Source: an uncultured Candidatus Actinomarinales bacterium
GTDB lineage: Bacteria > Actinomycetota > Acidimicrobiia > Actinomarinales > Actinomarinaceae
Assembly (NCBI GenBank): GCA_943789065.1
Contig: CALSSQ010000001.1
Span: 651,827 to 715,826, forward strand
Length of the DNA stretch: 64,000 nucleotides
Reading direction: 5' to 3'
A program made the translations under genes and the position numbers. The notes under the pieces were generated by a model, which was not told the DNA's origin, made no database searches, and saw only the letters and a program-made list of their open reading frames with translations. Of the stretch, positions 1-9,955 are shown piece after piece (the first letter of the stretch is position 1; each line of letters begins with the position of its first letter).

Positions 1-996
1 ATCTGAACTATGTATTTTTGATATTCCTTTAGCAATAAGATTATTTTGATCATCAAAGATTTCGACGCCTTCATCATTATCGAAGTTTTTTATTATCTCT
101 TTAATTCCTATAGACAAAAGGGATGCATCGGAACTTATTGCTTCTACAGCTCCAGTATCTATTATTATTTTTCCAATAACTGGCAATCCATAAGCAATCC
201 ATAGTTTTTTTAACTTCACTTTTTTTATTGATGGCTTGATTAATGTACCTATTTCTAGCTCGTTAATACAGTCAAGAACCGCTTCGTTGGTCCAAGGAAT
301 AATTTGTGTTGGTATTCCTGAAAATCCAGCCATTTGAGCAGCCATTATTTTTGTAGAAAATCCACCCATACCTCTTCCAGAAGATGATTTTTCTATTAAA
401 TTTGTGAGTTCCTCTGAATCAAATTCGATATAATCAATTTTTTGAGCATCTTTAGTTGAGGTTGGATCTGCATTGAATAAACCCTCTTGGTCGGTAACAA
501 TTATTAGTTTGTCTGCCTTTGTGATAATCGCCACTATTGCAGAAAGTCGATCATTATCTCCAAATTTAAGTTCTTCTGTTGCAACGATATCATTTTCATT
601 GATCACAGGAATAATGTCTTGATTTAAAAGTTCATTTAAGGCCTCCGTAGTATTCACAAATTGAAATCTATCTTCTAACACGTTCTTAGATATCAGCACT
701 TGTCCTATTTTTAAATTATGGTTATTAAATATACTTTTAAAAGAATTTATTAATTCAATCTGTCCAACCGAAGAAGCTACTTGGAGTGATTTTAAGTTGG
801 TTGGTCTTTTTTTTAAATTTAATTCATTTGCACCTAATTGTACAGCTCCAGATGTGACAATAAGAGTATTAACCCCTTGTGATTTAAGTAATTTTACACT
901 TCTTGCCAGAGACTCTATAAATTGTTTATTAAGCAGTCCATTTTTAATTATGGAGGTGGTTCCAATTTTAATAACAATATTTTTCTTAATTTTCAT
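1..996 (-). CDS. proB: glutamate 5-kinase, C-terminal end beyond window edge
   Basis: Minus-strand translation from ATG (996-994) gives MKIKKNIVIKIGTTSIIKNGLL...VTSGAVQLG...IPVINENDIVATEELKFGDNDRLSA. This is an amino-acid-kinase fold with a PUA-like tail. It overlaps the obg stop by 11 nt. It is absent from the ORF track because it is truncated. Position downstream of obg is conserved. Confidence 0.75.
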   Translation of the reverse strand, partial: MKIKKNIVIKIGTTSIIKNGLLNKQFIESLARSVKLLKSQGVNTLIVTSGAVQLGANELNLKKRPTNLKSLQVASSVGQIELINSFKSIFNNHNLKIGQVLISKNVLEDRFQFVNTTEALNELLNQDIIPVINENDIVATEELKFGDNDRLSAIVAIITKADKLIIVTDQEGLFNADPTSTKDAQKIDYIEFDSEELTNLIEKSSSGRGMGGFSTKIMAAQMAGFSGIPTQIIPWTNEAVLDCINELEIGTLIKPSIKKVKLKKLWIAYGLPVIGKIIIDTGAVEAISSDASLLSIGIKEIIKNFDNDEGVEIFDDQNNLIAKGISKIHSSD

Positions 997-2185
997 ATAT
1001 AAACTCAAAACTGCCCAATTTGATAGTACTTCCTTTTTTAACTCCTAACAATTTTAATTCCTCTGGAATGACAGAATTTTCAAATCTATAAGAGATTTCA
1101 TTAAAAACATCACTCTCATTTCCTAATAAGCCAGTAATTCTATCTACTTCAGGACCCTCAACATTCCAATAGTCAGCGGATGAATTTTCAATACTGAAAT
1201 TATTTTTGTGTAGTTCTGTTCTTAAAAAACTTCTGTTAAGCGTCTCCAGATTGTTAATGTTAAGTTCTTCTATTTTTTGAAGTAGAATATCTATGTTCGT
1301 CTCTTCTAATGCAGATATGTTTAGCATCCCATCTTCCTTTACATCTAAGTCTGCTTTATTAACAATGTGTAAAACAGGAAGCTTTTCTAATTTTTTATCA
1401 TAGCTATATACTTCATTTTGGAGTAATTTAATTTGCTGATCTGTATTTAGTTCTATGTTTGACGGATCTAATAAAAAAATAAGTACTTTTGTATTAATTA
1501 GGTGTTTCAAAATTGATTTACCTAGCCCCACTCCTGATGCAGCACCTTTTATGAGGCCTGGAAGATCACAGATTATATACTTGCTTTCTAGATTTTCAAT
1601 GACTCCTAGGTTTGGTGACACTGTAGTAAAGGGATATGAATCAGTTTTAGCATTTGAGTTTGTAATTTTTTTAATTAGCGTGCTTTTACCTGAGTTGGGC
1701 AACCCTAAAATTGCAATATCTGTAATTAAACTTAATTCAAGTTTTATTTCTTTTTTAACCCTTTTTTGACCTTGCTCTGCAATTCCTGGATTAATGTTTC
1801 TGCTAGATTTTAACTCCCTATTTCCTAAGCCACCTCTTCCACCTTGTAGTATTTTTAATTCTTGATTTTCATGAATTAATTTAGCAACTAACCCTTCACT
1901 ATCAATAACACTTGTACCTAGTGGGACCTCTACTATTAAATCATTGGCATTTTTACCAGATTGTAAATTTTTAGATGCATCACCACCATTTTCAGCTTTA
2001 AATATGCTTTTAGAATAAATATGGCTGAAATCAAATAGCTTTCTATTTGTTCTTATGATTATCGATCCGCCTTTACCACCACTAGCGCCATTAGGTGAAG
2101 TTTTAGAGCTTTTAGAACTGAAGCTAATTGAGCCGGATCCCCCAGAGCCAGAAAAAAGTGTTAGATCAATCTTGTCGATGAACAT
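986..2185 (-). CDS. obg: GTPase Obg/CgtA
   Basis: 399 aa. Gly-rich Obg fold (GGxGGxG), P-loop GLPNSGKSTL, DLPGLI. Classic rplU-rpmA-obg-proB neighbourhood. Confidence 0.9.
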   Translation of the reverse strand: MFIDKIDLTLFSGSGGSGSISFSSKSSKTSPNGASGGKGGSIIIRTNRKLFDFSHIYSKSIFKAENGGDASKNLQSGKNANDLIVEVPLGTSVIDSEGLVAKLIHENQELKILQGGRGGLGNRELKSSRNINPGIAEQGQKRVKKEIKLELSLITDIAILGLPNSGKSTLIKKITNSNAKTDSYPFTTVSPNLGVIENLESKYIICDLPGLIKGAASGVGLGKSILKHLINTKVLIFLLDPSNIELNTDQQIKLLQNEVYSYDKKLEKLPVLHIVNKADLDVKEDGMLNISALEETNIDILLQKIEELNINNLETLNRSFLRTELHKNNFSIENSSADYWNVEGPEVDRITGLLGNESDVFNEISYRFENSVIPEELKLLGVKKGSTIKLGSFEFIYEN

Positions 2186-2189
2186 TGCT

Positions 2190-2441
2190 TCATTTTGGAA
2201 TGATATTTACTAGTTTTCTACCATTCCTTGAAGAATACTTGACTACTCCATCTATTTTTGCAAAAAGAGTGTCGTCCCCACCTTTGGAGACATTCTCTCC
2301 GGGGTGGATTTTGGTTCCACGTTGTCTAATAACAATAGAACCTGCAGAAATATCTTGACCATCAAAAACTTTTGTGCCTAATCGTTTGGATTCGGAATCT
2401 CTACCATTTCTTGTTGAACCACCAGCTTTAGTTTTTGACAT
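2190..2441 (-). CDS. rpmA: 50S ribosomal protein L27
   Basis: [22 protein letters not shown]... is the L27 signature. The track ORF extends 6 codons upstream (MEKRSN); the internal Met is the likely start. Confidence 0.9.
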   Translation of the reverse strand: MSKTKAGGSTRNGRDSESKRLGTKVFDGQDISAGSIVIRQRGTKIHPGENVSKGGDDTLFAKIDGVVKYSSRNGRKLVNIIPK

Positions 2442-2442
2442 A

Positions 2443-2769
2443 TTACTCCTCTTCTCCAAATTCAGAATTAGAAATAGAGGTTATCTTTATTATCTTTTTG
2501 TCTTCTCTATAACCCATTTTTCTTCGGTTACCAGTCTTGTTTTTATACTGGAAGATATTTATTTTTTTACTTTTAGTATCACCCATAAATTCAAATTCGA
2601 CCAATGAACCTTTTAAAGAATCTTTATCAGCTTTTATACTTCCCTTGCTAGAACCCATAAAAATTGGCTCAATAGCTTCATTAGGGAAATTGTGAGGAAC
2701 TTCAATTGTGTCCCCTACTGATACTCTTTGCTGAATTGCTCCAACTTTAATTACTGCATATATACTCAT
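2443..2769 (-). CDS. rplU: 50S ribosomal protein L21
   Basis: [25 protein letters not shown]... is typical L21. Sits directly upstream of rpmA. Confidence 0.9.
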   Translation of the reverse strand: MSIYAVIKVGAIQQRVSVGDTIEVPHNFPNEAIEPIFMGSSKGSIKADKDSLKGSLVEFEFMGDTKSKKINIFQYKNKTGNRRKMGYREDKKIIKITSISNSEFGEEE

Positions 2770-2776
2770 AACTAAA

Positions 2777-4264
2777 TCACTCTACTACGGCTTCAGATTC
2801 AAGTATATTATTTTCTTGTGAATTATTTGAAAAGATATCATTTATAATTAGACCCCTTCCATTGCATTCTTCACATTCCTCAGAGAATGTTTCAATTAGA
2901 CCAGCTGCTACATTTTTTCGTGTCATCTCAACAAGCCCTAATCTAGATACTTCAAATACCTGTGTTCTTGTTTTGTCTTTTGCTAGTTCTTGTTTTAATT
3001 TAGTAAGTAAACTTTGTTGTTTTTTAATTGATTCCATGTCAATAAAATCAATTACAATAATTCCACCAATATCTCTTAACCTAAGTTGACGAGCAATTTC
3101 CTCCGCTGCTTCAAGATTATTTTCATAGACTGTTTCTTCCAGACTATCCTTACCAACAAATTTACCCGTATTGACATCAATAACTGTTAAAGCTTCAGTA
3201 GGATCAATTATCAAGTGACCTCCTGATGGTAACCATACTTTTCTATCTAGAGCTTTTTGAATTTGATCTTCTATGTGATACCTCTCAAATAAATCCAACT
3301 TATCGTCATAGCTTTCGATTATGTTAGTGAGTTCTGGAGAGGTGTCCTCTACATATCTTTTTACATTATCAAAATTTTTGTTCTTCTCAATTAAAAGTTT
3401 TTTAAAATTTGAGTTCAAATGCTCTCTTATAACTTTGATTGATACATCAGGTTCCTCGTGAATGAGAACAGGAGCAGTACCTTGATTGCTTGAGGAAACA
3501 GCAGCCCATTCATCGGCTAATTTATCTATATCATTTTTTAAAGAAGATTCAGAAACACCCTCAGCGGCTGTTCTAACAATAACTCCGAAGCCCTCAGGTT
3601 TAATTTTTCTAATTATCCTATCCAGTCTTGACCTTTCTTGCTCAGGGAGTCTTCTAGAAATACCCTTTGTGTTGGAGTTGGGAATTAATACTAAATATCT
3701 TCCAGGAAAAGAAATTTGACCAGTTAATCTAGCTCCTTTCTCCCCCATTGCATCTTTCACAACTTGCACTAAAATTTCCTGCTCAGGTTTCAAAAGATGT
3801 TCAATTTTTGAATTTCTTTTTGAATTTGAGATATCTGCAACATAAATTACACCATTTTTTTCTTCTCCGAATGAAACGAAAGCAGCTTCCATCCCTGGTA
3901 ATATATTTTTTACTTTTCCTAGATAAATGTTGCCTACAAGTGATTTTTTCTTATCTTGCGCGGAATAATACTCCACGAGAGATGCTCCCTCAAGAATTGC
4001 AATCTTCGAAGATCCCCCTTTGAAACTTATAAGCATTTGTTTTTTTTCTACATTTGGGACTGGTAAAGGCGCTTCTTTAAACCATGTTTGATTGTTAGAC
4101 CTATTGTTTCTGTAGTTTTTTCTATTAGGCCTACTAACAGTAGTTCCTGTTTTAATCTTTACTTTTTGACCTTTAAACCATTTAGTTTCTGTCTTATTTA
4201 ATGGTTCATCGCTTTTTCGTATTACTTTTGATTTTTTGAATAATCCAAACATTAAAACCTCCAT
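2777..4264 (-). CDS. rne: ribonuclease E/G family endoribonuclease, catalytic core only
   Basis: 495 aa. S1 domain (GNIYLGKVKNILPGMEAAFVSFG), DNase-I-like region and Zn-link CxxC...C near the C-terminus. Conserved position upstream of rplU. Confidence 0.8.
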   Translation of the reverse strand: MEVLMFGLFKKSKVIRKSDEPLNKTETKWFKGQKVKIKTGTTVSRPNRKNYRNNRSNNQTWFKEAPLPVPNVEKKQMLISFKGGSSKIAILEGASLVEYYSAQDKKKSLVGNIYLGKVKNILPGMEAAFVSFGEEKNGVIYVADISNSKRNSKIEHLLKPEQEILVQVVKDAMGEKGARLTGQISFPGRYLVLIPNSNTKGISRRLPEQERSRLDRIIRKIKPEGFGVIVRTAAEGVSESSLKNDIDKLADEWAAVSSSNQGTAPVLIHEEPDVSIKVIREHLNSNFKKLLIEKNKNFDNVKRYVEDTSPELTNIIESYDDKLDLFERYHIEDQIQKALDRKVWLPSGGHLIIDPTEALTVIDVNTGKFVGKDSLEETVYENNLEAAEEIARQLRLRDIGGIIVIDFIDMESIKKQQSLLTKLKQELAKDKTRTQVFEVSRLGLVEMTRKNVAAGLIETFSEECEECNGRGLIINDIFSNNSQENNILESEAVVE

Positions 4265-4321
4265 GTTGATGTGAAAATATATTATAAAAACTCATACTCT
4301 AAGAGTAATAGGTATTGAATA

Positions 4322-5392
4322 TTAAATAACTACGTTATTTTCAATAAAGATTCTATTTATAATTCCAAAAATAACTGCAGTAGCAATTATAGAAGAGCCA
4401 CCTAAGCTTAAAAGGGGAAATGGCATTCCAGTAACAGGTATAACCCCAATTACTGTTGATATATTAATAAAGATTTGAAAAATTAATGAAGCAGAGAAAC
4501 CAGCAAGAACAAATTTTTCAAACTCAGAATTAGTAGTTAATATTATCCTTGCAACACGATAAAAGAAAAATATCCAGAGTCCGAATAATAAAAGAACACC
4601 TAGGAATCCAAACTGATATGCAAATGCTGAAAAAATAAAATCAGTGCTTTGGACCGGTATAAAAATCTGATTAATCTTATCGACTTCAAAAAACTGTCCA
4701 GTAATTCCACCACTCGAAATTGCTAATCGACTTTGTGACTGCGCAAAATCAACTGTCTCGAAAAAGTTGGTGACGCGATTGAGTTGATATTGATTAATTA
4801 ATCCAAATTCCAGAAAAATAAAGAAAAATATGCCACCAAGTAATAACAAAAATATAATACTTCGAATTCTTATATCAGATACGAGAAACATACTTAAAGT
4901 AATGACTATCAATAATGTTGTCGTACCTAAATCAGGTTGGAAAAAAACAAGGGAAATTGAAAATAATGAGAATATACCAATATAAACTTTATTATAATTT
5001 TCAACGAAACACTTGGATATAAAAAGTACAAGCGCAATTTTTATATATTCTGAAGGTTGAAAATCTATTACACCTAAGTCATACCATCTACGAACACCCT
5101 CTTTTGGGTCTGTCGTAAAAATAAAAATAAGCAAAATTGTTATAAGTCCAAAAAAAGGAAATGTATATAGATTAATTTGATCCATTGATATATACGTAAT
5201 CGCAAAAAATAAAATAACCGAAAGCAAAGTAAAGACGATTTGCCTAAATAGTGAGTTATTTAAATCTAAAGATAAGCCATCCGACAGAGTAAATAGAGTT
5301 AACCAAGAAATAAAATTAAGAACCAAAAAGATTACTAGTAGTGTTAGGTTGGTTCCCTCTGGACCCAAAAGAGTAATTTTTCTCTCTCTCAT
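4322..5392 (-). CDS. rodA: FtsW/RodA/SpoVE family peptidoglycan glycosyltransferase
   Basis: 356 aa polytopic membrane protein of the SEDS family. Sits immediately downstream of PBP2 in the mre cluster. Confidence 0.8.
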   Translation of the reverse strand: MRERKITLLGPEGTNLTLLVIFLVLNFISWLTLFTLSDGLSLDLNNSLFRQIVFTLLSVILFFAITYISMDQINLYTFPFFGLITILLIFIFTTDPKEGVRRWYDLGVIDFQPSEYIKIALVLFISKCFVENYNKVYIGIFSLFSISLVFFQPDLGTTTLLIVITLSMFLVSDIRIRSIIFLLLLGGIFFFIFLEFGLINQYQLNRVTNFFETVDFAQSQSRLAISSGGITGQFFEVDKINQIFIPVQSTDFIFSAFAYQFGFLGVLLLFGLWIFFFYRVARIILTTNSEFEKFVLAGFSASLIFQIFINISTVIGVIPVTGMPFPLLSLGGSSIIATAVIFGIINRIFIENNVVI

Positions 5393-7224
5393 TCGGTAAT
5401 CTCTCCAAATTTAACTGGTGTTATCTCCATCTCTCTTAAAGACTGTATAACTCTTCGAGTCACTGGTGCAGCTATAGCGCTCCCAGAACCCCCCTCTTCT
5501 ACAACCGTGGCAATAATATATCTTGGGTTGCTTACTGAATCTACGCCAACAAACCATGAAGTATTATTTTTATCTCCTGAGTTTTGTGCCGTTCCAGTTT
5601 TTCCACCAACATCTTTGACTTTATTACCAAGGATTGAAAAAGAAGCATGTGCTGTGCCACCCTCGTTAGTTACAGAATTAAGATCTTTAAGTAAAAAATT
5701 GACAAAATCTTCAGTTACTCCAATAGATTCTTCTGATTGGCTCTCTCTATTCTTATTAATGTATGGGTTGCTTAAATTACCAGAAATCAGAGTTCTGTAT
5801 GCATTTGCAACCTGGATAGGTGTACTTGTTATAGCTCCTTGACCAATAATAAGGTTCATTAAATCTCCACCTAACCAACCCTCTGGTCTAACACGCTCTG
5901 GTTGAGATATTGCCCAGTTTTCGAAAAGCTCTCTATCTGGTACTACTCCGTTTGCTTCGTACGGTAAATCAATATTTGTGGCTGTACCAAAGCCCAAATT
6001 TTTAGCGTACTCCTGAAGAATTGACTCCGCTGTTGTACCTTCATAGTCTCTCCATATTTTTAGAGCAATATCCCAGAAATAAACATTACAAGATTGCTTA
6101 AGAGAAGATCCTAAATCTACATTTCCATGACCGTCTTCTTTCCAGTCGTTATAAACTTGTTGAGACCCATCATCGAAACCAAATGAAAGACTACCTTTGC
6201 AGTTAATTCTCTGATTTCTTGAGGATAAGCCTTCTGGAAAGATATTTTCTTGCTCTGCAAGCCAGTATGCAACTACTTTAAAAACTGATCCTGGAGGATA
6301 TTGACCTTGAATAGGGTAATTAATAAAAGCCCCTGATATATTTAGTTTATTAAAATCTGTCTGAGATATCCCATCAACAAAATTGTTAGGGTTGTAATCA
6401 GGAAGTGAAACAAGCGAAATTACTTCATTTGTTCTGATATCTAAAACAACAATAGCCCCTTTTTGTACTTTATTTTTTGTCTCATATTTTTCGTTTGCTA
6501 ATTCAATACCCTGTAATAAAGACTCTGTTGCTATTGTTTGAAGCTTGATATCTAAACTTGTAAATATGTCTTTTCCAGGAGTACCCTTTATTATCTGGGC
6601 TATTTCATCATCTTTGAATATTATTTCGGTAGGTAGGCCTGCTAAATCATCTTGATAATATCTTTCCAAACCGCTTTTACCTACTATATTTGGGTTAATC
6701 GAAAGAGGGAAATCTTTAGCATCTTCCAATGACGGTTCTCCCAAGTAGCCTACAATGTGCGATGCAATATTATTGTATTCATATTTGCGTACGGGAAAAT
6801 CAAAAATTTCAAATGCCTCTAGGGAAACCAAGCTTTGTCTGTTGTCAAAATTAATGTCTTGAATGTTAACAATTCTTACTAATAGATCTTCACTTTCGAA
6901 TATCTCATCAATAAAGTCTTCGCCTAAATCAACAAAGTTATATTGTATATACTGTTCATATTGGCTTCGATTGTTATCGTTAATTTTTCTAAGATTTAAA
7001 AAAAGATGTGGCTCTAAGGAGGAAGATACAAGCTTATTATTGTTCGCATCAAAAATTTCACCCCTTGGAGATGGGATATAGAATGTATCAAGTGTTTGTT
7101 TTTTTACTGATACTAAAGAAGCTTCCCTATCAGATGTTTGTAAATTATAAACATTAAAGAGTAATGTAAGAAAGATTAAGCCTATTAAGGTAGTGAGTAG
7201 TCTAAATTTTTGCTGAAAAAACAT
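5389..7224 (-). CDS. mrdA: penicillin-binding protein 2 (class B transpeptidase)
   Basis: 611 aa. N-terminal TM, dimerisation domain, SxxK (GSVFKV), SxN and KTG(T) transpeptidase motifs. Lies between mreD and rodA. Confidence 0.85.
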   Translation of the reverse strand: MFFQQKFRLLTTLIGLIFLTLLFNVYNLQTSDREASLVSVKKQTLDTFYIPSPRGEIFDANNNKLVSSSLEPHLFLNLRKINDNNRSQYEQYIQYNFVDLGEDFIDEIFESEDLLVRIVNIQDINFDNRQSLVSLEAFEIFDFPVRKYEYNNIASHIVGYLGEPSLEDAKDFPLSINPNIVGKSGLERYYQDDLAGLPTEIIFKDDEIAQIIKGTPGKDIFTSLDIKLQTIATESLLQGIELANEKYETKNKVQKGAIVVLDIRTNEVISLVSLPDYNPNNFVDGISQTDFNKLNISGAFINYPIQGQYPPGSVFKVVAYWLAEQENIFPEGLSSRNQRINCKGSLSFGFDDGSQQVYNDWKEDGHGNVDLGSSLKQSCNVYFWDIALKIWRDYEGTTAESILQEYAKNLGFGTATNIDLPYEANGVVPDRELFENWAISQPERVRPEGWLGGDLMNLIIGQGAITSTPIQVANAYRTLISGNLSNPYINKNRESQSEESIGVTEDFVNFLLKDLNSVTNEGGTAHASFSILGNKVKDVGGKTGTAQNSGDKNNTSWFVGVDSVSNPRYIIATVVEEGGSGSAIAAPVTRRVIQSLREMEITPVKFGEITE

Positions 7225-7673
7225 CTCTTCTAAGATTACTGTTCAATGCTCTAAATAAAAGGAAATTAGGTAAACAAATAACTAAAAAATAAAATAGTGA
7301 CATGCCGATATCTGCCACAATCAGCTCATATTTATAAAGTAACAAACATATATAAAATAATAAAAAATTAGTAAAAATACTCTTACTCAATTTTTGTTGA
7401 AATGAAATGGGTAACAATACAAATAAATAAGAATTTTATTGAAGTTTCTCCTAAAAAGTTAGAGGTATAAAATATATCATAATAAAAACCACTTAAGACA
7501 ATAATTAATACAGAACTCCTTGAGAAATAATTTGTTGAGACATAAAAAAGATAAATAAGAAACGGATAAAATTCAAAATACACATTATTGGTTAGAAAAG
7601 TATTAACTCTTATTTCAGTGAATATTAAAAAAAATGTTGCAAAAGTTACAATGAGATTCTTAAGGTACGTCAT
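7202..7673 (-). pseudogene. mreD: MreD-like rod-shape membrane protein, split across two reading frames
   Basis: Two adjacent hydrophobic ORFs lie in different frames: 7383..7673 (96 aa) and 7202..7417 (71 aa, TTG start in track). Together they are about 165 aa, the size of MreD. They occupy the canonical slot between mreC and pbp2. The frame junction lies in an A/T homopolymer-rich stretch (7391-7417). Confidence 0.35.
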
Positions 7674-7838
7674 TTTGTTTTTAATAAATAAATATTTGAA
7701 AAGTAATTGATATTAAAATTTATCTCTTGTTCGGCAGTAATTTTATTATTGGCGATATTTATTGATGTGGAGGACAAATCAACAATTGGGAATTGTCCAG
7801 GATGGCCAAAAGTGATATCTGTATAAATGTACTTTATG

Positions 7839-8465
7839 TCAGTATTTTCCTTCCTTTAGGTTTGTTGAGCTGACATATAAGTTTTTGCTATCTGAAGTTA
7901 TTAAATACTCATTACCATATTTATCAATACCTTCAATTGAAAAAGAAGGATTAAGAATTGTAGAAATAATAGATCTATCTTGTCTAACTTCTGAAATGAC
8001 CCCAACTACGTAGGAATTATCGTCTATAACTAAATCTTTTTCACTAAGGTTAAGGTTTTCTCCACCTGAGATAATGTATTGGTCTGTAAGAGTTTTAAAT
8101 ATAATCGAAGATTCAAAAATATCATAAATTGAAGAATCAACCTCTTTAACAACAAATTTATTTGCCTCATTCTCAATCTTAAGTTTTTCGTTTTCAACTT
8201 TGAGTTTTCGTAATTCAATGACTTCATTTTTTAATCTAATATTTTCATTTATTAAATTACTCTTACTTTTAAATATTTCGATTTCAGGAAAACGGAAATT
8301 AGAATTTATTAGTGGTGTAGGTGACAATATACTCAATTTATTATTCAAGTAGGTTGATACACTTTTGTCAGAAAAAATATCAACTGTAAGTACTGTTGCA
8401 GATAAAAGAATACCCAAAATGTAAAAAACATACACACGTCTTTTAGGACTGTTGTTATTGATCAT
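7839..8465 (-). CDS. mreC: rod shape-determining protein MreC (short form)
   Basis: 208 aa. N-terminal TM. Coiled-coil region (LKNEVIELRKLKVENEKLKIENE). Beta-rich C-terminal domain. Directly downstream of mreB. Confidence 0.7.
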   Translation of the reverse strand: MINNNSPKRRVYVFYILGILLSATVLTVDIFSDKSVSTYLNNKLSILSPTPLINSNFRFPEIEIFKSKSNLINENIRLKNEVIELRKLKVENEKLKIENEANKFVVKEVDSSIYDIFESSIIFKTLTDQYIISGGENLNLSEKDLVIDDNSYVVGVISEVRQDRSIISTILNPSFSIEGIDKYGNEYLITSDSKNLYVSSTNLKEGKY

Positions 8466-8468
8466 GGT

Positions 8469-9512
8469 TTAATTTGGTTTTGGTGATGACTTCAACACTG
8501 TCCTAAAATCTTCAAACCTTTCGAGGCAAATGCCTGATCCTACTACGACTGTACTTAGTGGGTCATCTGTCATATTTATTGGAATACCTAGCTCTTCTGC
8601 AATTTTTCTATCAAGCTGTTTTAGAATTGATCCGCCACCTGTGAGCCAGGCCCCATCTTTATCAATATCAGAAACTAGTGCTGGGGGTGTTTTAGATAGT
8701 GAAATTCTTATAGCCTCAATAATTTCATTTACTATTGGGGCCAAAGCATCTCGTACATCTGAGGCCTCTAGTAATACCTGCTTTGGTACACCTTTCACTA
8801 TATCTCTACCTGTCACTGTAACCTGTGGTTCCTTGTCGAATTGAAAAGCAGATCCAACAGCATGTTTAAGGGACTCTGCAATTCCCTCATCAATTAACAT
8901 TGCATGTTCACTTCTAAGATATTCAATTAGTCTCTCTGTCATATCCTCTCCGCCTATACGAACAGAGTTAGCATTTACAACATCACCCATGGAGATCACT
9001 GCAATTTCAGTTGTACCACCACCAATATCAATAACCATATTTCCGACTGGTTCAAAAACTTGTAAGCCTGCACCTATTGAGGCTGCCATTGGCTCTTCTA
9101 TAGTAAAGACTTCAGATGCACCTGTGGCATGAGCTGCTGTTTCAATTGACCTTTGCTCAACACTAGTTACACCATTTGGAACGCATATGACTATTCTTGG
9201 TTTTGAATAAGCTCTACCTATTGCCCTAGTTAACAAGGTTTTGACTAGTTCCTCAGCCATTTCAATCTCTGAGATTACTCCATCTCGCAGGGGTTTTACT
9301 AGTTCAATTGAGTCTGGAACGCGTCCAATAAGCTTTTTGGCTTCATTTCCAACAGCTAAAATACTTCCATCACCTTTGTTTATGGCAAGTATTGTAGGTT
9401 CATCAACCACTACGCCTACACCTTTTACATAAATAAGGGTATTTGCGGTTCCAAGATCTATTGCAATATCATTACCGCCAAATAAAGTTCTTCTAAGATT
9501 TAATCCTGCCAT
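8469..9512 (-). CDS. mreB: rod shape-determining protein MreB (actin-like ATPase)
   Basis: 347 aa. IDLGTANTLIYV, DIGGGTTEIAV and related actin/Hsp70-fold motifs. Confidence 0.9.
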   Translation of the reverse strand: MAGLNLRRTLFGGNDIAIDLGTANTLIYVKGVGVVVDEPTILAINKGDGSILAVGNEAKKLIGRVPDSIELVKPLRDGVISEIEMAEELVKTLLTRAIGRAYSKPRIVICVPNGVTSVEQRSIETAAHATGASEVFTIEEPMAASIGAGLQVFEPVGNMVIDIGGGTTEIAVISMGDVVNANSVRIGGEDMTERLIEYLRSEHAMLIDEGIAESLKHAVGSAFQFDKEPQVTVTGRDIVKGVPKQVLLEASDVRDALAPIVNEIIEAIRISLSKTPPALVSDIDKDGAWLTGGGSILKQLDRKIAEELGIPINMTDDPLSTVVVGSGICLERFEDFRTVLKSSPKPN

Positions 9513-9559
9513 GTATATTCAGAATAATAGACTAAATATTCAAGTGAAATAGAATTTTT

Positions 9560-9955
9560 TTAGTTAAAAAATAGTCCCAACTCTCTTGTGGCACTCTCTT
9601 CAGAGTCAGAGCCGTGGACTACATTTTCCTCAAGCTTAGATGCCAAATCTCCTCTAATTGTTCCAGGTTCAGCATCTGCGGGGTTTGTTGCTCCCATGAG
9701 TTCTCTAACAGCAAGAACAGCATTATCTCCCTCAACTTGCATTGCAACAACTGGACCGCTGGTTATAAAAGTGACCAAATCACCAAAAAAGGGCTTTTCT
9801 GAGTGCTCTGCATAGTGCATTTCTGCTAGTTCAGTAGAAATTTGCATCATTTTCATCTTTGTAATTACAAAGTCTTCTTTTTCTACTCTATTGACAACAT
9901 CGCCAATTATGTTTCTTTTAACTCCGTCGGGTTTAATCATAAAAAATGTTTTCAT
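9560..9955 (-). CDS. ndk: nucleoside diphosphate kinase
   Basis: 131 aa. [11 protein letters not shown]... NVVHGSDS active-site His region. Confidence 0.9.
   Translation of the reverse strand: MKTFFMIKPDGVKRNIIGDVVNRVEKEDFVITKMKMMQISTELAEMHYAEHSEKPFFGDLVTFITSGPVVAMQVEGDNAVLAVRELMGATNPADAEPGTIRGDLASKLEENVVHGSDSEESATRELGLFFN

Noticed and set aside
797-1048. 83-aa plus-strand ORF in the track
   Set aside because: Lies antisense inside the clearly coding proB/obg junction. Low-complexity translation. Spurious.
7674-7838. 165-bp AT-rich gap between the mreD fragment and mreC, considered as a missing C-terminal part of MreC via frameshift
   Set aside because: MreC reading frame ends cleanly after a beta-rich C-terminal segment. 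No continuing ORF of matching composition was seen downstream.
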